From contig JYFJ02002301.1 in assembly GCA_000934665.2 (NCBI GenBank), positions 1-59,457 of the forward strand: a DNA stretch of 59,457 bases. Reading direction: 5' to 3'. Numbering within the stretch: the first letter of the stretch is position 1; each line of letters begins with the position of its first letter. Of the stretch, positions 1-12,600 are shown piece by piece. Position numbers and translations under genes: made by a program. The DNA comes from Catajapyx aquilonaris (Eukaryota). The notes under the pieces were generated by a model. It had not been told where the DNA came from. It ran no database searches and saw only the letters and a program-made list of their open reading frames with translations.

Positions 1-2419
1 CAGTAATGTCATTTTGATGCAACAGAGTGATGGAATGTATGTTTACGGGCATGGGCTAGCTAGTTATGAACAAAAATCCCAAATCCCAGGCCAAGGCTAG
101 TTCCCCATTGTGTTGGGAATCTTTTTCTTTTTCATTGAGCACTGTTGTTGGAATACTTACGATCGCAATAATTTTCTGAATGCCATACATGTGAAAAACA
201 ATAAGTCCAATTTTGGCTGTTTTGAGTAATTTATACACCACTAGAATTTTTCTGCCTGGTGATGATCCACGAAGCGCCAGGAAGCAGAGATTTTCCATCT
301 TCACTGTAAACAAGTGCAAGGTCAAATCTTTGCCTTTGATTATCTCCAAACTGGTTTTTTGGACTAGTCGATTTCACTCGTATGCTGACGATATGCAGTT
401 ACCAAGGACGATGTCCTTTGATCAGACATAACAACACCACTGTTTTTGAATTAATTAGCTATTGTATTTAATCAGTAATCGGCAATGTCCAAAGGCAATA
501 AGATTACGTACTTTGTGGCACAAAATAACTTTGATCGCCAAATAATAATAATAGCTTACGATGTGGTTTCCGTGGAGCGTAGGTGACAAGTGTATACATA
601 TCGCATATACGGTATGCGCGTCTAAAAGGTATTTTTTTCAGTACAAGGAAGTGAATTTATAATTTTACACTCTATGTCCTATGTGTGTAAGAAAATATAC
701 GAAATTATCTGGCTGAGCCTATTCGATGAAGAAGCCCAAAAGAACGGGTACCGTGGGTGTAGATTTGTCCGTCATATGCAAATACCTGATGGAATATTCG
801 GCAATCCGTATTGCAATTCAATGGATTATAAGTATTTCCGCATTATTTATTGACATAACTGCAAATTGCCGTGACATACCGTACAGTTAAAATAAGTGGC
901 TGCAAAATCTTCCTCAATTGACTTGGAAATGGCGACAAGAAGAAATTATGTATAATATTGTATTCATTGGTAATTATCCCACTAATCACAACCTAATATT
1001 ATGGTCGTAATAGTTCCTTTGCGACGTGTGCGTGCCTGCAGGGTAAGGTCGAGCCACGAAAGGAGGATAGTTTGAATGATGACTTGCCTCTTTACATGGA
1101 ATTAACCAATGAGGTCAATGCTGCACTTACACTCACTCGTCAGTAATGTTAATTCAAGTTCCACTTAAAAATTTTCAGTGGCACAGTTCGCTATACTTGA
1201 ACGGCCAAATCCGTTTCTTTCTCAGTCAATCCTTAGACCGAATAAAAACGGGAAGATTTAGTTTTTGGGTCAAAACACCGTTAAGAGGGAAATGTTGGCT
1301 TCCGATAAGAAGAGATAGTTTCTCGTCATAATTTGCATAAGGGAGGAAACCTTTCCGCTTCAAACGCAATGCACGGCGAAAGGCCTTTTTGAATGACAAT
1401 GAGCCGTACGTTTGAATCCAAATTACGAAATATGTCTCGTCTCACTTGTCACCATTGTACAGTATGTTTAGCTGTCACGCAGTGTATCAATAATAATAAT
1501 TTGATGTTTCTTCATTAAACAAACTGTACTCTTCGGTATAGCCTAATGTTATTGTACAATAATGTCTTGGTATCATATGGTCTGACACTTGGAACCTACT
1601 ACTCTAGACAGAGAAAGGGCGCCATCACTTTACCGTAAAATAAACTGTGTTCAAGCTGAGATATACAGAGCAGTACTTATCGCGTACAATCGTCTTGACA
1701 CTTCCGCATTACGTGTCATTCTACTGTAGCATTCTTGCTAGTGCTTATACAGAAGCTCATACATGCAAAACACTTTTTGATCAATAGCAGCAGATTAGAA
1801 GCAACCAATCATTTGATGTATGGGCAATCAACTGTTGCGAGTAGGAAATGATGTAGTTAAATGGTAGTAGCTTATAATAAACTCTTCCGACACGTTAGAT
1901 CGAATCGGCATTAGCATACCGTATCTTACGTTATTTCCTCGGGGAGAGACCTAACGTATTGCAATTTACGTAAGTGGGAAAAGGTATTTCCGAATCACAG
2001 TCAGCACCGTATAATAAAAAGGAAGGATTGAGATGATTATCATCGGCACTTTTTCATGAGAAATACTGTATTTCCAAGTCATTAAACAGACTTCTCAAAA
2101 CTTTCCCCACTGGCTCTGTGCTAATCTTTCGAAATATGATATAACGGGAACAAAAGGTCGCATCAAATAGTCCATATATTTTTACAAAACACCGACATCA
2201 CTGTATATCGTAAAAGATTAAAACCACCTGCCGACAAAACCGGTCGCAAATTACACCACCAAATGGTGTCACCTCGAGACACCAATAATAGGCCCATTTC
2301 TCCTCAACAATCGTGGGAACACTCACTGCTACAATGTATCCCAACAAAAAAAGAGGGGGTGCCTCAACCCCATCGTTATCGTTCCCATATCATAATTAGT
2401 CGCCGGACTTAGTTATCCT

Positions 2420-3070
2420 CTAGCCACAGTTTTGAAACCGAAGTAGTGAACACGCCCATGGCATCAAATTCCGGCAATGAATAATAAGGGTAAGAACAAG
2501 CCAGTTTGTGTTGTAAGGAGTCACCTGAGGCAAATGGGTATGGCAACGATTAACTTTTTTTTCCGACTTTTTTGAGTAGGATAGACAGTGTAGGTAAGCA
2601 GGTAGTAGGTAGAATGTCCCGGTAGAAGAATCGAAGTCAACAACCTCAGCAGCCCTTGGCTTCTTTCGGCCCCATTCCAGTGGCCAAGGACAGGAATGTT
2701 GGGTAGGAGAGAAGAAGAGGAGGTTTTTGGAGGGGCGGCTCAAGAGCGCGGGAAAAAGGGTCCTAAAGAAGAAGGGGGCAATTTGTTTGGTTCTCTCTCG
2801 GGCACCTTTTTTTAGACAGAGAGGATCTAGAGTGGTGTTTTTGTGGCTCGAGCTGATCGGGGAGATTGTTTTTGAAGGGATGTTTGTGTGTAAGGTTAGC
2901 ATTTTTTTGACCTGGCACCTGGCATGAGTACAATATGCTGCTGTTATAAATTGATGGATGTTTGCGCTGGAGGTATGTGTGGAGGTTATTGAACAGTAAT
3001 CGATTACTCAAATGGTGAATAGGGAAGTGCTCGTGAGTATAGTTATGATTTAAATTTAGATACGCGGATT
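2420..3070 (-). mobile_element. Degenerate non-LTR retrotransposon (LINE) 3' fragment
   Basis: Strong strand skew (G-rich on +). The minus strand reads a frameshifted VIDYCSITSTHTSSANIHQF...KNANL...NIP, resembling the segment after RT in LINE ORF2. No intact RT core; boundaries approximate. Confidence 0.4.
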
Positions 3071-6000
3071 ACAAATCAGGTACATTGTATAAGTTGTGAT
3101 AAGTTGCTATTAAGAATAATAGGAGCGATGGATTTTTGCGGAGCCAGACAGGCTCACAATGAACATTAGCTATACAGACATTGAAATGCATGGAAAACAT
3201 TAAGAATGTTTAAGCACCATGAAAAAGTTTGAAGTATTTTGAGCATCTGTACACTCTTCCTGTTCAGAGTGGCTACCGGAATAACTACCGGATTTTCTTC
3301 AAGAAGGGCAATCACTTGATATGTTCTGGCATCAAAACACTCTTAAAGAATTAAGTAGAGTCAGTCCATTTACACAGAGGACATGAAAATGCATGTTGTG
3401 ACTTTCAACTTCCGTCAAACTACGTGCCAAAGTTCATAGCCCCGATGGACAATGTGGGCTAAACCCTCGGTAGTAATGCCTCAGCTCGGAAACGAGCCTC
3501 TTCCGTTGCAGCAAGGATCACAATGACATCCTGTTTTCACCTCATAGTTCATACTAGAAAATATCGTCTCGCCCTGGGCGTTACCAAAACCGTTAAGGCA
3601 CTGGTTGGAACCGGAAGTGTCGTTCCGAATCCTCTAATGGCATCGTACTATATCGGCTCAGGTTATTTCTGACAAAAAGTGGGTCACTAATGGCAGTGTG
3701 TGTATATAAAGGCAAAGACACCTTTTTCGGATGTGTGTAACCGCGCCTTCCTGCAATTGTTAATAAGCATTTCTCGTGGGGCGTGCCTCACGATTGGAAC
3801 TAACATGCAAGGACAGATACGATTTCGTCGCCAAGTGTATAGCGGTGATAACATCGTGGCATTGTTGTAGGGCAGTCTAATGCAGAAATGTAGGGTATCG
3901 TAAACTATCTGACAAGGTGCAAGGCAAAAGCACACTGTAAAGATCTTGGCAAATTAAATGAATTTACTACCGCATTAACAGTGGGCCAGCAAGAGTAACA
4001 TGTAAAATATTATCAGCAATTTCATGCAATGTTTCACATTAAAACTATTAGTACTTAAGCAGCAATTTGTTACGCCTGCTGAGAAAAGGTCCACGTGCTA
4101 CTGGCATTCAAAAGGCAACGGAATATTCCGTGGGTTATTATGATAACGAAGCAAGTGGACATTTTGACCCGGTTCGGTTGTCATCTGAAACCAAGCCGTA
4201 CAGTACACCAGCTCAAAAAAAGTCTAAGATTACACAATGTTAGACTGTCAGACAAATGATACCCAGACCGTAACCTTACTTATTACAACCACTTACACGC
4301 TACAACCAATGTAAAATTCATTTGCAGTAACAACAACAAGTGCATGGCTAATATTTTTCTGGCTACCGTAATGCTTCTACTGTATCATAAACAGTGCAGT
4401 GAAATGCTTCCAAATAAATTTGCATAAAAACTTATAGCAGTTTAAATTAGACTGTTCTATGATAATTATACTATAAATTTATCAAACGTTAGCTATTACA
4501 CGAGTTACTGCACGCTGCTTTATGTCACAGGGAGGTCTGAAAAAGCATTTTCTCTGTACGAACAGTGAAAGTAAGGAAAATACTACATAACAAAAAAGTA
4601 TCACAGTTCTTCTGAAGGGTATGTGATGAGAGGAAGAGAGTAGTGAGAATTGTTTTGGTGGATGGTTACGCCATGTTGCATAGACGGCCACGGTCACTAC
4701 CTTGACCATATCCTGAGGTCATCAGTTTAGAGAACTGCTCGGCACAATGGCCCCAACAAATAATTCAAGCGTATATAGAGTTACGAGCGCCCACAGCCCG
4801 TCTATTATCTGATGAAACCATTTGCCAGAACATTTTTACAAATGATTGATGCATAAGATGTACTACATCAGTAATTATACACTGTCATTCAATAACATGA
4901 GAAGTAACAGTTTTCCAATAATTTTACTTCTCATAAAGGTAACCCTGGATGAAAGTGTATGGAGGATATGCCTTGTATCATCAGCATCACTTTGAAAATA
5001 TGTCTCAACTAGGGTGTGATTGAATTAGTACGGTATTGTATGTCTGTGATTTGATTGGTCACAGTTTTTTTTAATGAATGTTACACTTATCGGCCACATT
5101 ACCGCTACAACTATAGCAAAAGTGAAAAATCATTAGTGGCTTTCACAGTTTCACCGTTTTTCTTTGCTCACATGCAAGTTTTCGTCACGGTTTAGAAATT
5201 TCATATGTCGACTAATTAGAGCCGGCTCACCAAAATTGTGGCAAACCCTCACATTCACAGCTCCAGGCTAGGCCTGTTGTTTCTATTCGATTGCACCCAA
5301 GCATTAACAGCTCCTGTAAAGCAGGTACCTTTGATGTAAATACTAAGTAGCCAGCAATTGAATTGAATTGAACAAGAGTTCAGGATACAGTACACGTACA
5401 CTATATACAGTATACTTCTACGAATTCCTATTCGGAGAAATCCGGTAGCCCTTACACACGCAAAAGTAATGGTGAGTCACCCCAATAGTAGGTCAGGCAC
5501 TGACCTTTACCGGATTCTGGAGGCCGAGAAAGGAAACTCTTCTTTGAAAGCGCTTGTAACTCATGATCACGGAAACGAAAGTGCTAGTGGTGACTCCACA
5601 GGCAACATGATCTCCGTCTTACAAGTAACAAGTTACAGAGCAAATAGATATCTCTTACTGTTAGTAAAATATAGGCTGACTCTTGAAAAGAAATGCAAAG
5701 GGGATCCGATCCTCTTTGTGTGGGCGGATATATACGAAAGTAAATTTCTGAACAATTATTCCCCCCTGATTCCTCAATGTGATTGAACGCACCGAACAAT
5801 ATCTCTACCATCCTGAAGTTGATACACGGTCACATATTCTCACGTGCGCGCAAGTATGAACCCACTTCCGCAACTTCTAGCATTTCTCTTCTTTATTCAC
5901 CACTTTACCAGAACGATTTTCACGCTGCTCAGGCGTGGAATCCTAAAATCATCTTGTTCACACGCAAAAGGAATCCCATTTTTTTTTTTGTTTTACTCCT

Positions 6001-9000
6001 CTTCATCTCCACAAATAATAAAAATAAGGGGGCGAAGAACTTCCTTCTGGTCATTCCCGGAAGGGGAAATGTATTAGCCTGATTTTAGTACTTTCCATAA
6101 TGACAACCACAAACATTTGCAAGATGGCTAGAGCCAGACAGGCAGTGTGACAGGCACAAAGAAAGATAACGGGAGCTTCGGAGCTTCTTTGGCGGACCGT
6201 GACTATTCTCATCTAGAATGTGACTGGTATAGGTCAGCAAGTACGTCAAATCCTTTTGAATTAATGCAGTGCGTAGAAATTCGCTGCATGGAAAAGTTCG
6301 GTGGACAATGGCGATTGATTCCGGCTATTGAAAAGAAGTGATGGCGAGACTTGGTGGGAAGTAGGGCCTGTGAGAACCATCTTTATATACTGCTCGGACA
6401 GACATAAATGGATTGAGGTGTGAGAGTATATATAGGTCGTGAGGAATAATTAAATGTTTGCGGATGTATTGTTACGATTGGAATGTTGTGAAAGGCGGGA
6501 GAATCATAACAAAAATAGCCCACAACTTTCAGGTTGGAAAGGAAGTCGTACCTTCTTCTTGAGATATACGGTACAACCTGACCGCGCTTGTTACAGTACA
6601 ATGCGGTACTCTCGTATGTGATTATCTGCATGTAAACTGATTTACGTACAAAGCTGTTTCTGAGAGTGGAATAAGGGTATCTGCATATAAAATTTAAAAT
6701 AAAATTGTTTCTTCGTTGTGAGGTGCTGTAGAATAAAGTCCACTCTTCATCTTCTTAAATTTTCTGTGAATGTCGGAGAGTATGCGAAAATTATTGCAAT
6801 TAAGTTCCATATCATTTCTCTACTTAAGCACAAATTAATCGCGTCCTTAAACACAACTTTTCGCATGGAATATTTAAATGCGTTGCCTTTATGTCAAAAC
6901 CTTTTGCAGTAGTTCCATTTGGCATAAGAAAGATGTATAAATTCAGCCACATTTTAAAGAAAATCCAAATGAGAACCACAGACAATACCTCTGTCTGTCT
7001 GTGATGAGAACTTGATGACTGTTCAGATTGACCAAGGATTCAACGGAAAAATGTTGAGTAACCCTGACAATTTTTATACCTGTGTTCAGTTTTTCCTTAC
7101 CGGTTCTCACTGTGACTTCATCTGTGACAGAAACGTAACTTGGCTTTTAGCTGATATGCATCCAGGTTTATCGTGTACACACTAACTTAAATTCTGCCAA
7201 ACGTGACTGATCATTCTGCAAAGAAGAGCTGCAAATGAATTAATGATATATAGGATACCTTTTTATGTAGTGGTACAGTACTGTACATCTGCAGTATACT
7301 GTACACAGCAGAAAAATTTACAGCTCTCTTATTAATACTGTATATATGCATACATTCATTCATTACACTCACGGCATATTCCCAAGATGGGATTACCGCA
7401 GCGATGCCCAGATACAATCGTACGACCAGCGTAATGAATCCTTTGGTGACTGGTCAGGCCACGCAAAGGATATAATGGATAGGATCAAATGCAAATAAGT
7501 AATTGAACAATTGTGAATCACCTATAATAATTCAAATAAACATGTTTCATTACTTCGATACTTCACATTATATAAAATGTGCTTTGCCTCTGCATGCACA
7601 AATAAAGTTGGCTTATCATGCCTCAGAAACTTTCCAGCATGTGAGCAGCACCTTTAGCTTTTAGGAAACAATAAGGGAAATCGCCAACTCACTTGAAAGC
7701 AGCGCCAAGTAAGTTTATACATTAAATTTAATATAAAACAACTTTCCATATCCACAGTATGAAATACTGATACATAATTATAAGTAATCCCCAGGTGTAT
7801 CAAGTGCCGAATTACCTAACAGTGCGTCAGGTGCAATGCACTCTCTCATGCATCAGCTTCATGGCTCAACTTACGATGCGTGCGATTTCAATGCAACTAT
7901 GCAGTTACTGTTCATTTAAAAAAAATTCAGTCATGATTTGGGCGGGAATGTTTCCACGCTTTAAAAAATAGCCCTGCGGTTAAAACGAAGGTTAAAAAAA
8001 ACGCATCTTAAACGACATGTGAAAGGATTCCTTGGTCGACTCACATCATATCTTACCGTTACTTCCCCATGTTGCAATTGACCTAGTGAATTATCTCAAT
8101 GGCCCTAAACAGACAGGCCAGCACCTTAACTAATAGCTCATCTCCGCGATGACTGTCTCTATGGATGTTAAGTCACATGTCGCAAACGACGTTAATTTAC
8201 TTAACCGCAATTTTTCTTCCAATTGTATGCAGGTAGCGGCAAGTTTACTGACCGCGAAAGTAGCCGGTTTCATTGTGGGAAGGTCACGGAAATGGAATAA
8301 TGTTGCACTGTACATGTAACTTAATGTGCAAAGGTTAGGTAATAAGCAGGTAGCTTACTGTATTCGTCTTTGACTCCCCGATGGCCGCAGCCAATTGCAA
8401 GAAAGTGATTGGCGAGTTGCCTTTTTACGTGATGATGCATTGCGTCTGGGTGAAAGAACAGGTTGAGACAAATGAATAGCTTGTCACTATAATTGACTAG
8501 TACTGCAGAAGTAATAGACCTACTCCAATTTGATGACCTGGCTAATCATTGTGTCATGCTGAATCCTGTTAAAGACAAAGGGCATCCTTATCTTTTTGCG
8601 ATCACTGAAGGTCGTTGGCTTTGTTTTGCTGTGATCTTCTATCTTAGGCATTACTATTTCTATGTTGACAAAATAATTGCAGCCGTCATTCCACGTAACA
8701 AACACAAAGCCAATTGTCAAAAGCCGCGCGGTTGACAGCGACCCACTTTTCAGTTTGTTATGAGACTCTTATGAGTGGCGCAATCGGCATAAGGGCATAA
8801 TGCTTTATACGAGTATTAGGACGTTATTTTTGAATTTCCTCAACCTTGTAACTCCGAAACAATGGCGTAAAAGTATTGCCACGTAACCTGCAAGAAGTGC
8901 AACATCTCCGATTGCCACTTCAGGCACCTAAAAAATATGAGGATATCAGATCTCCCAATATACAGACCTCTTCGAGTAAGGATCAAGGTGTTACCGAAAA

Positions 9001-9615
9001 TTACACCACAGAAAAATCTCGGGAATGCTTCGCTGTAACTGAAAAACATTTTCCTTTATGTTCGGGTAAAACTCTAAAACTCTCACTCTCCTGAAATCAT
9101 ATGAGCAACAGCGAACCCGGCAGTCTCAATTTTAGAAAATAAAATCTAGGTTAGGTGACCAACACTTTCTAACTTCCACCGATTTATAATTTTAAGTAAA
9201 CTAATGGTTCATAATAGGTCACTGGAAGTAGGCCTGACTCTTAAAATTCCTCTTTTGAATACCTTCGGTTCATTACAGTTCCCTTTCATTCTTAGAATGG
9301 AGCGTGAGAAAAGGCTCCTCTCCATACCACTCATAAATCATTATAATTATCCTTTAAATTAAGCAAACAATAAGCGCCTCCTAGTAACTTCTCACCACCA
9401 CGCTGCATTGAATTGCATCGTGGAATTTCTGGTGTGTGCCCTACAGAATAGCACACGTATTGTCAGGTACTGACACCTTGACACAATGTGAGATCCCCTG
9501 TGGGAAGGTGTAGCATACCAGACGTTTTATCTGGAGTGGAACGAAGGATCCTCGTACGAGTGTGGGTCAACCATCTTGCTAAGTGAGCTTTTGTTTCGCT
9601 TGTGTTCATTCGCAG

Positions 9616-12600
9616 TGTTAAATGTGGCTGCCGGAAAGGCTCCCATGCAGTCGAGCGTGGCTTCAGGGGGGATTCCTCAGAAGGCCGTTGACGGCAGCAC
9701 GTCCTCCTTCTTCAACCCGGGGACATGCACCATGACCGAGCCTGAACCGGCGCCCTGGTGGTACGTCAACCTTCTGGAACCCTACATGGTGCAGCTAGTC
9801 CGCCTCGACTTCGGACAACCTTGTTGTGGTGAGTTACATACTGTATATGATAACCAGACCATGTCCCCCTCAACTTGATGTATGTATGGCATGTCATCAG
9901 TCAGATGCAAAACACTCCGGTACATACCCAACAGCTTCATTTGTACAGCATGCCCAAGTTAGGTGGTGACTGAATGTCAACGAGAACATTGGGGAGCGGC
10001 CAAGGCTAACTAGAAGCTGACCAGATACAGGAAGCCTTGAAAAGTTGTGTAGAATGTCCAGTAGCAATGTCGAGTAACAATGTATTAAATCGAGCAGGTG
10101 TCACAGGAGACTTCCGTAGAATAATTACAATCAGGCTGACAAGAAGTCCTCAGAGATTTGTTGCTGGTATGTGGGTGCCGGTACTACTGTCCACCCAATG
10201 CAAGCCAAATGAAAAGTAAACACCCTCGGCAAAATATTACAGTCCTTGAGAAAGATTGAGAGTCGGGAATAAATAACACTATTTGTGTAGTAATATTCAG
10301 TGTCAGTATATGGCTGTGGATGAATGTGGTCAACACCTGTCGTAATTATGCTGTAGAATAGTAAAATACTTGTACACCTGCTATAAAACGAGGAAGTCCA
10401 ATTAGACTATGTGATAACGTGAAATGTGTTGTGCGGCAGAGTTTCAAAATGTTACAATATTTATGCTTGTAGATACAGTGTCACTTTTGGACTATAGCTC
10501 ATATGGCTTGCAGTAACTGTATAACAGGATGGGAGTGCGGTGCTTATATTCCGCAAGTTCAGAATGTATACTTTACTTATTAAAAAGTTTGGCCTCGAGG
10601 TTAAAGTACTGAAACCAAGGGCCAAAGTGTACACTTGAGTTATGATTCTGGCACAGGCGCCAAAGGATAAGCCCGTACGTACTGAAGGGTGGCATGTACA
10701 CTGCACAATAAACAAAGCTGGACAAACCTGTCGGCTAACGGTATGAAAATCCACTGTTCAAAAAGGGAAGCCGGCAAGAAAACCCATCCGCTTTACTTGG
10801 CGACTGTACAACTAGTACCGGTATCTTTTTCAACCTGGAAATACACGTTCACAGGTGGTCAACAGGCGACTGTGGTTGTGAGGGCAGGAAACACCCGGCC
10901 GGACCTGGGGGTCAATCCCATTTGTAACAAGTTTTCCGGCTCTCTCGAGGCGGGAAAGCCCTTGTTTTTGCCATGTAATCCACCAATTCCCAGCGCATTT
11001 GTCAGCGTACACCTGGAAGGTCCGCCCGGAAGCATCCTTTCCCTTTGTGAGGCTTTCGTCTACACAGATCAGGTAATTTGACACGCAAGTCCTTTGAAAT
11101 TGTATAGCGTTAGCAATGATGACATGCACTTGTCCGTTCTACTTAGGCATTGCCGATTGAAAGGTGCCCACACTTTCGAGACCAACCTCCTGGAAGCACG
11201 GCAACGTACAACGACAAATGTTACGTGTTCTACGATCAACAGCCCATGAGATTTGGAGAAGCAAAGCAGTTTTGTGAATCTAGGTCTGGTACCTTGGTGG
11301 ACGATATCAATCCGGCGAGGCAGGGCTTCTTGAGCTGGGAGTTGTGGAGGAGACACAGAGGTGACCCTGCCAATGGACAGTACTGGATGGGGGCCTTTAG
11401 AAACCCACAGAATCCGACTGCATGGAAGTGGATCAGTGGACAGGATGTGACCATTTCGTTCTGGAATCTGCCAGGTGGGGCTGAAAATTGCGCTAGGTTT
11501 GATGGAAACAAAGGATGGTTGTGGTCCGATACCAACTGCAACCTGCAGCTCAACTTCATATGCCAACACAGTAAGTCTTGTTGACTTTATAATATTTTGG
11601 ACAGCCTCTGCAACATGTGGTCGTTTCAGGACCAACCACATGCGGTTCACCAGAACAACCGCCTAATTCAACTATGGCAGCACCCAATTTCGACGTTACT
11701 TCGACTGTAGAGTACCATTGCAACGCTGGGCACGTTCTTGTCGGGCCTGCGACCAGGACCTGCCAAGCCAATGGATTCTTCAGCGAATTTCCCCCAGTTT
11801 GCAGATGTATGTGTTGCATAATTTTAACTATGAAAGCCAATATGTTAACCACCTGTAACATTGCAGATTTGGAGTGTGGGCTCCCGGCGGAGGTGCCAAA
11901 TGGTCATATGCAACTGGTTAACAATACTCGGGAATACATGAGCATTGTGAGATACACCTGCGATAAGGGTTACACTCTGGTAGGAAGAAGTGAACTCATG
12001 TGCGATGTAGACGAAAAGTGGAATGGGCCACCTCCCAAGTGCGAACGTGAGTACGCCGTGATGCACTTGATGCGATTCGGATATAAGTTTAAGAAGTACT
12101 TATCTCTCGTGCCAAATGTACACATTCACAGCTGTGTATTGCCCTGAGCCACCACAAATTCCCCATGGAGCAGTGTCACTTTCTACCAACTCGACCGTGG
12201 CTGGGACCATAGTCGAATATAGTTGCGCCGATGCAAACTACGTGTTGATAGGCGATCCACGTATTGTGTGCCAAAATGATGGAACCTATGACAAAGAAGC
12301 TCCTCTTTGTAAAGGTAATGTACATAAAATTTGTGTAAAGCTGCGGATATTAACGATATATCTCTTTTAGCTGACGCACGTCGGAAAAATAACCAGGATG
12401 GTCCAATACCATTACCACCATCAGCCTCCAACCCTCCTCTGGCGTGGCCTCCACCACATTTAAAACCGGATCTGCATGACATCACTGACCAAACTTCGCC
12501 ATCAGTGGTGGATGACGTGCCAAACAGTGTTTACATCAAGAATGGATCACCACCAAATGTGGACGTACCATCCACCCTTGAGGAAGATGATGCCAGGGAA

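Noticed and set aside
56..431. ORFs of 97 aa (-) and 72 aa (+) at the window start
   Set aside because: No recognisable domain or coherent splice structure; possibly decayed transposon sequence, but I cannot support that.
1001..1047. CAGG|GTAAGG donor as a possible upstream exon of the lectin/sushi gene
   Set aside because: The phase-1 frame has an upstream stop and no ATG, and encodes no signal peptide or sushi motif.
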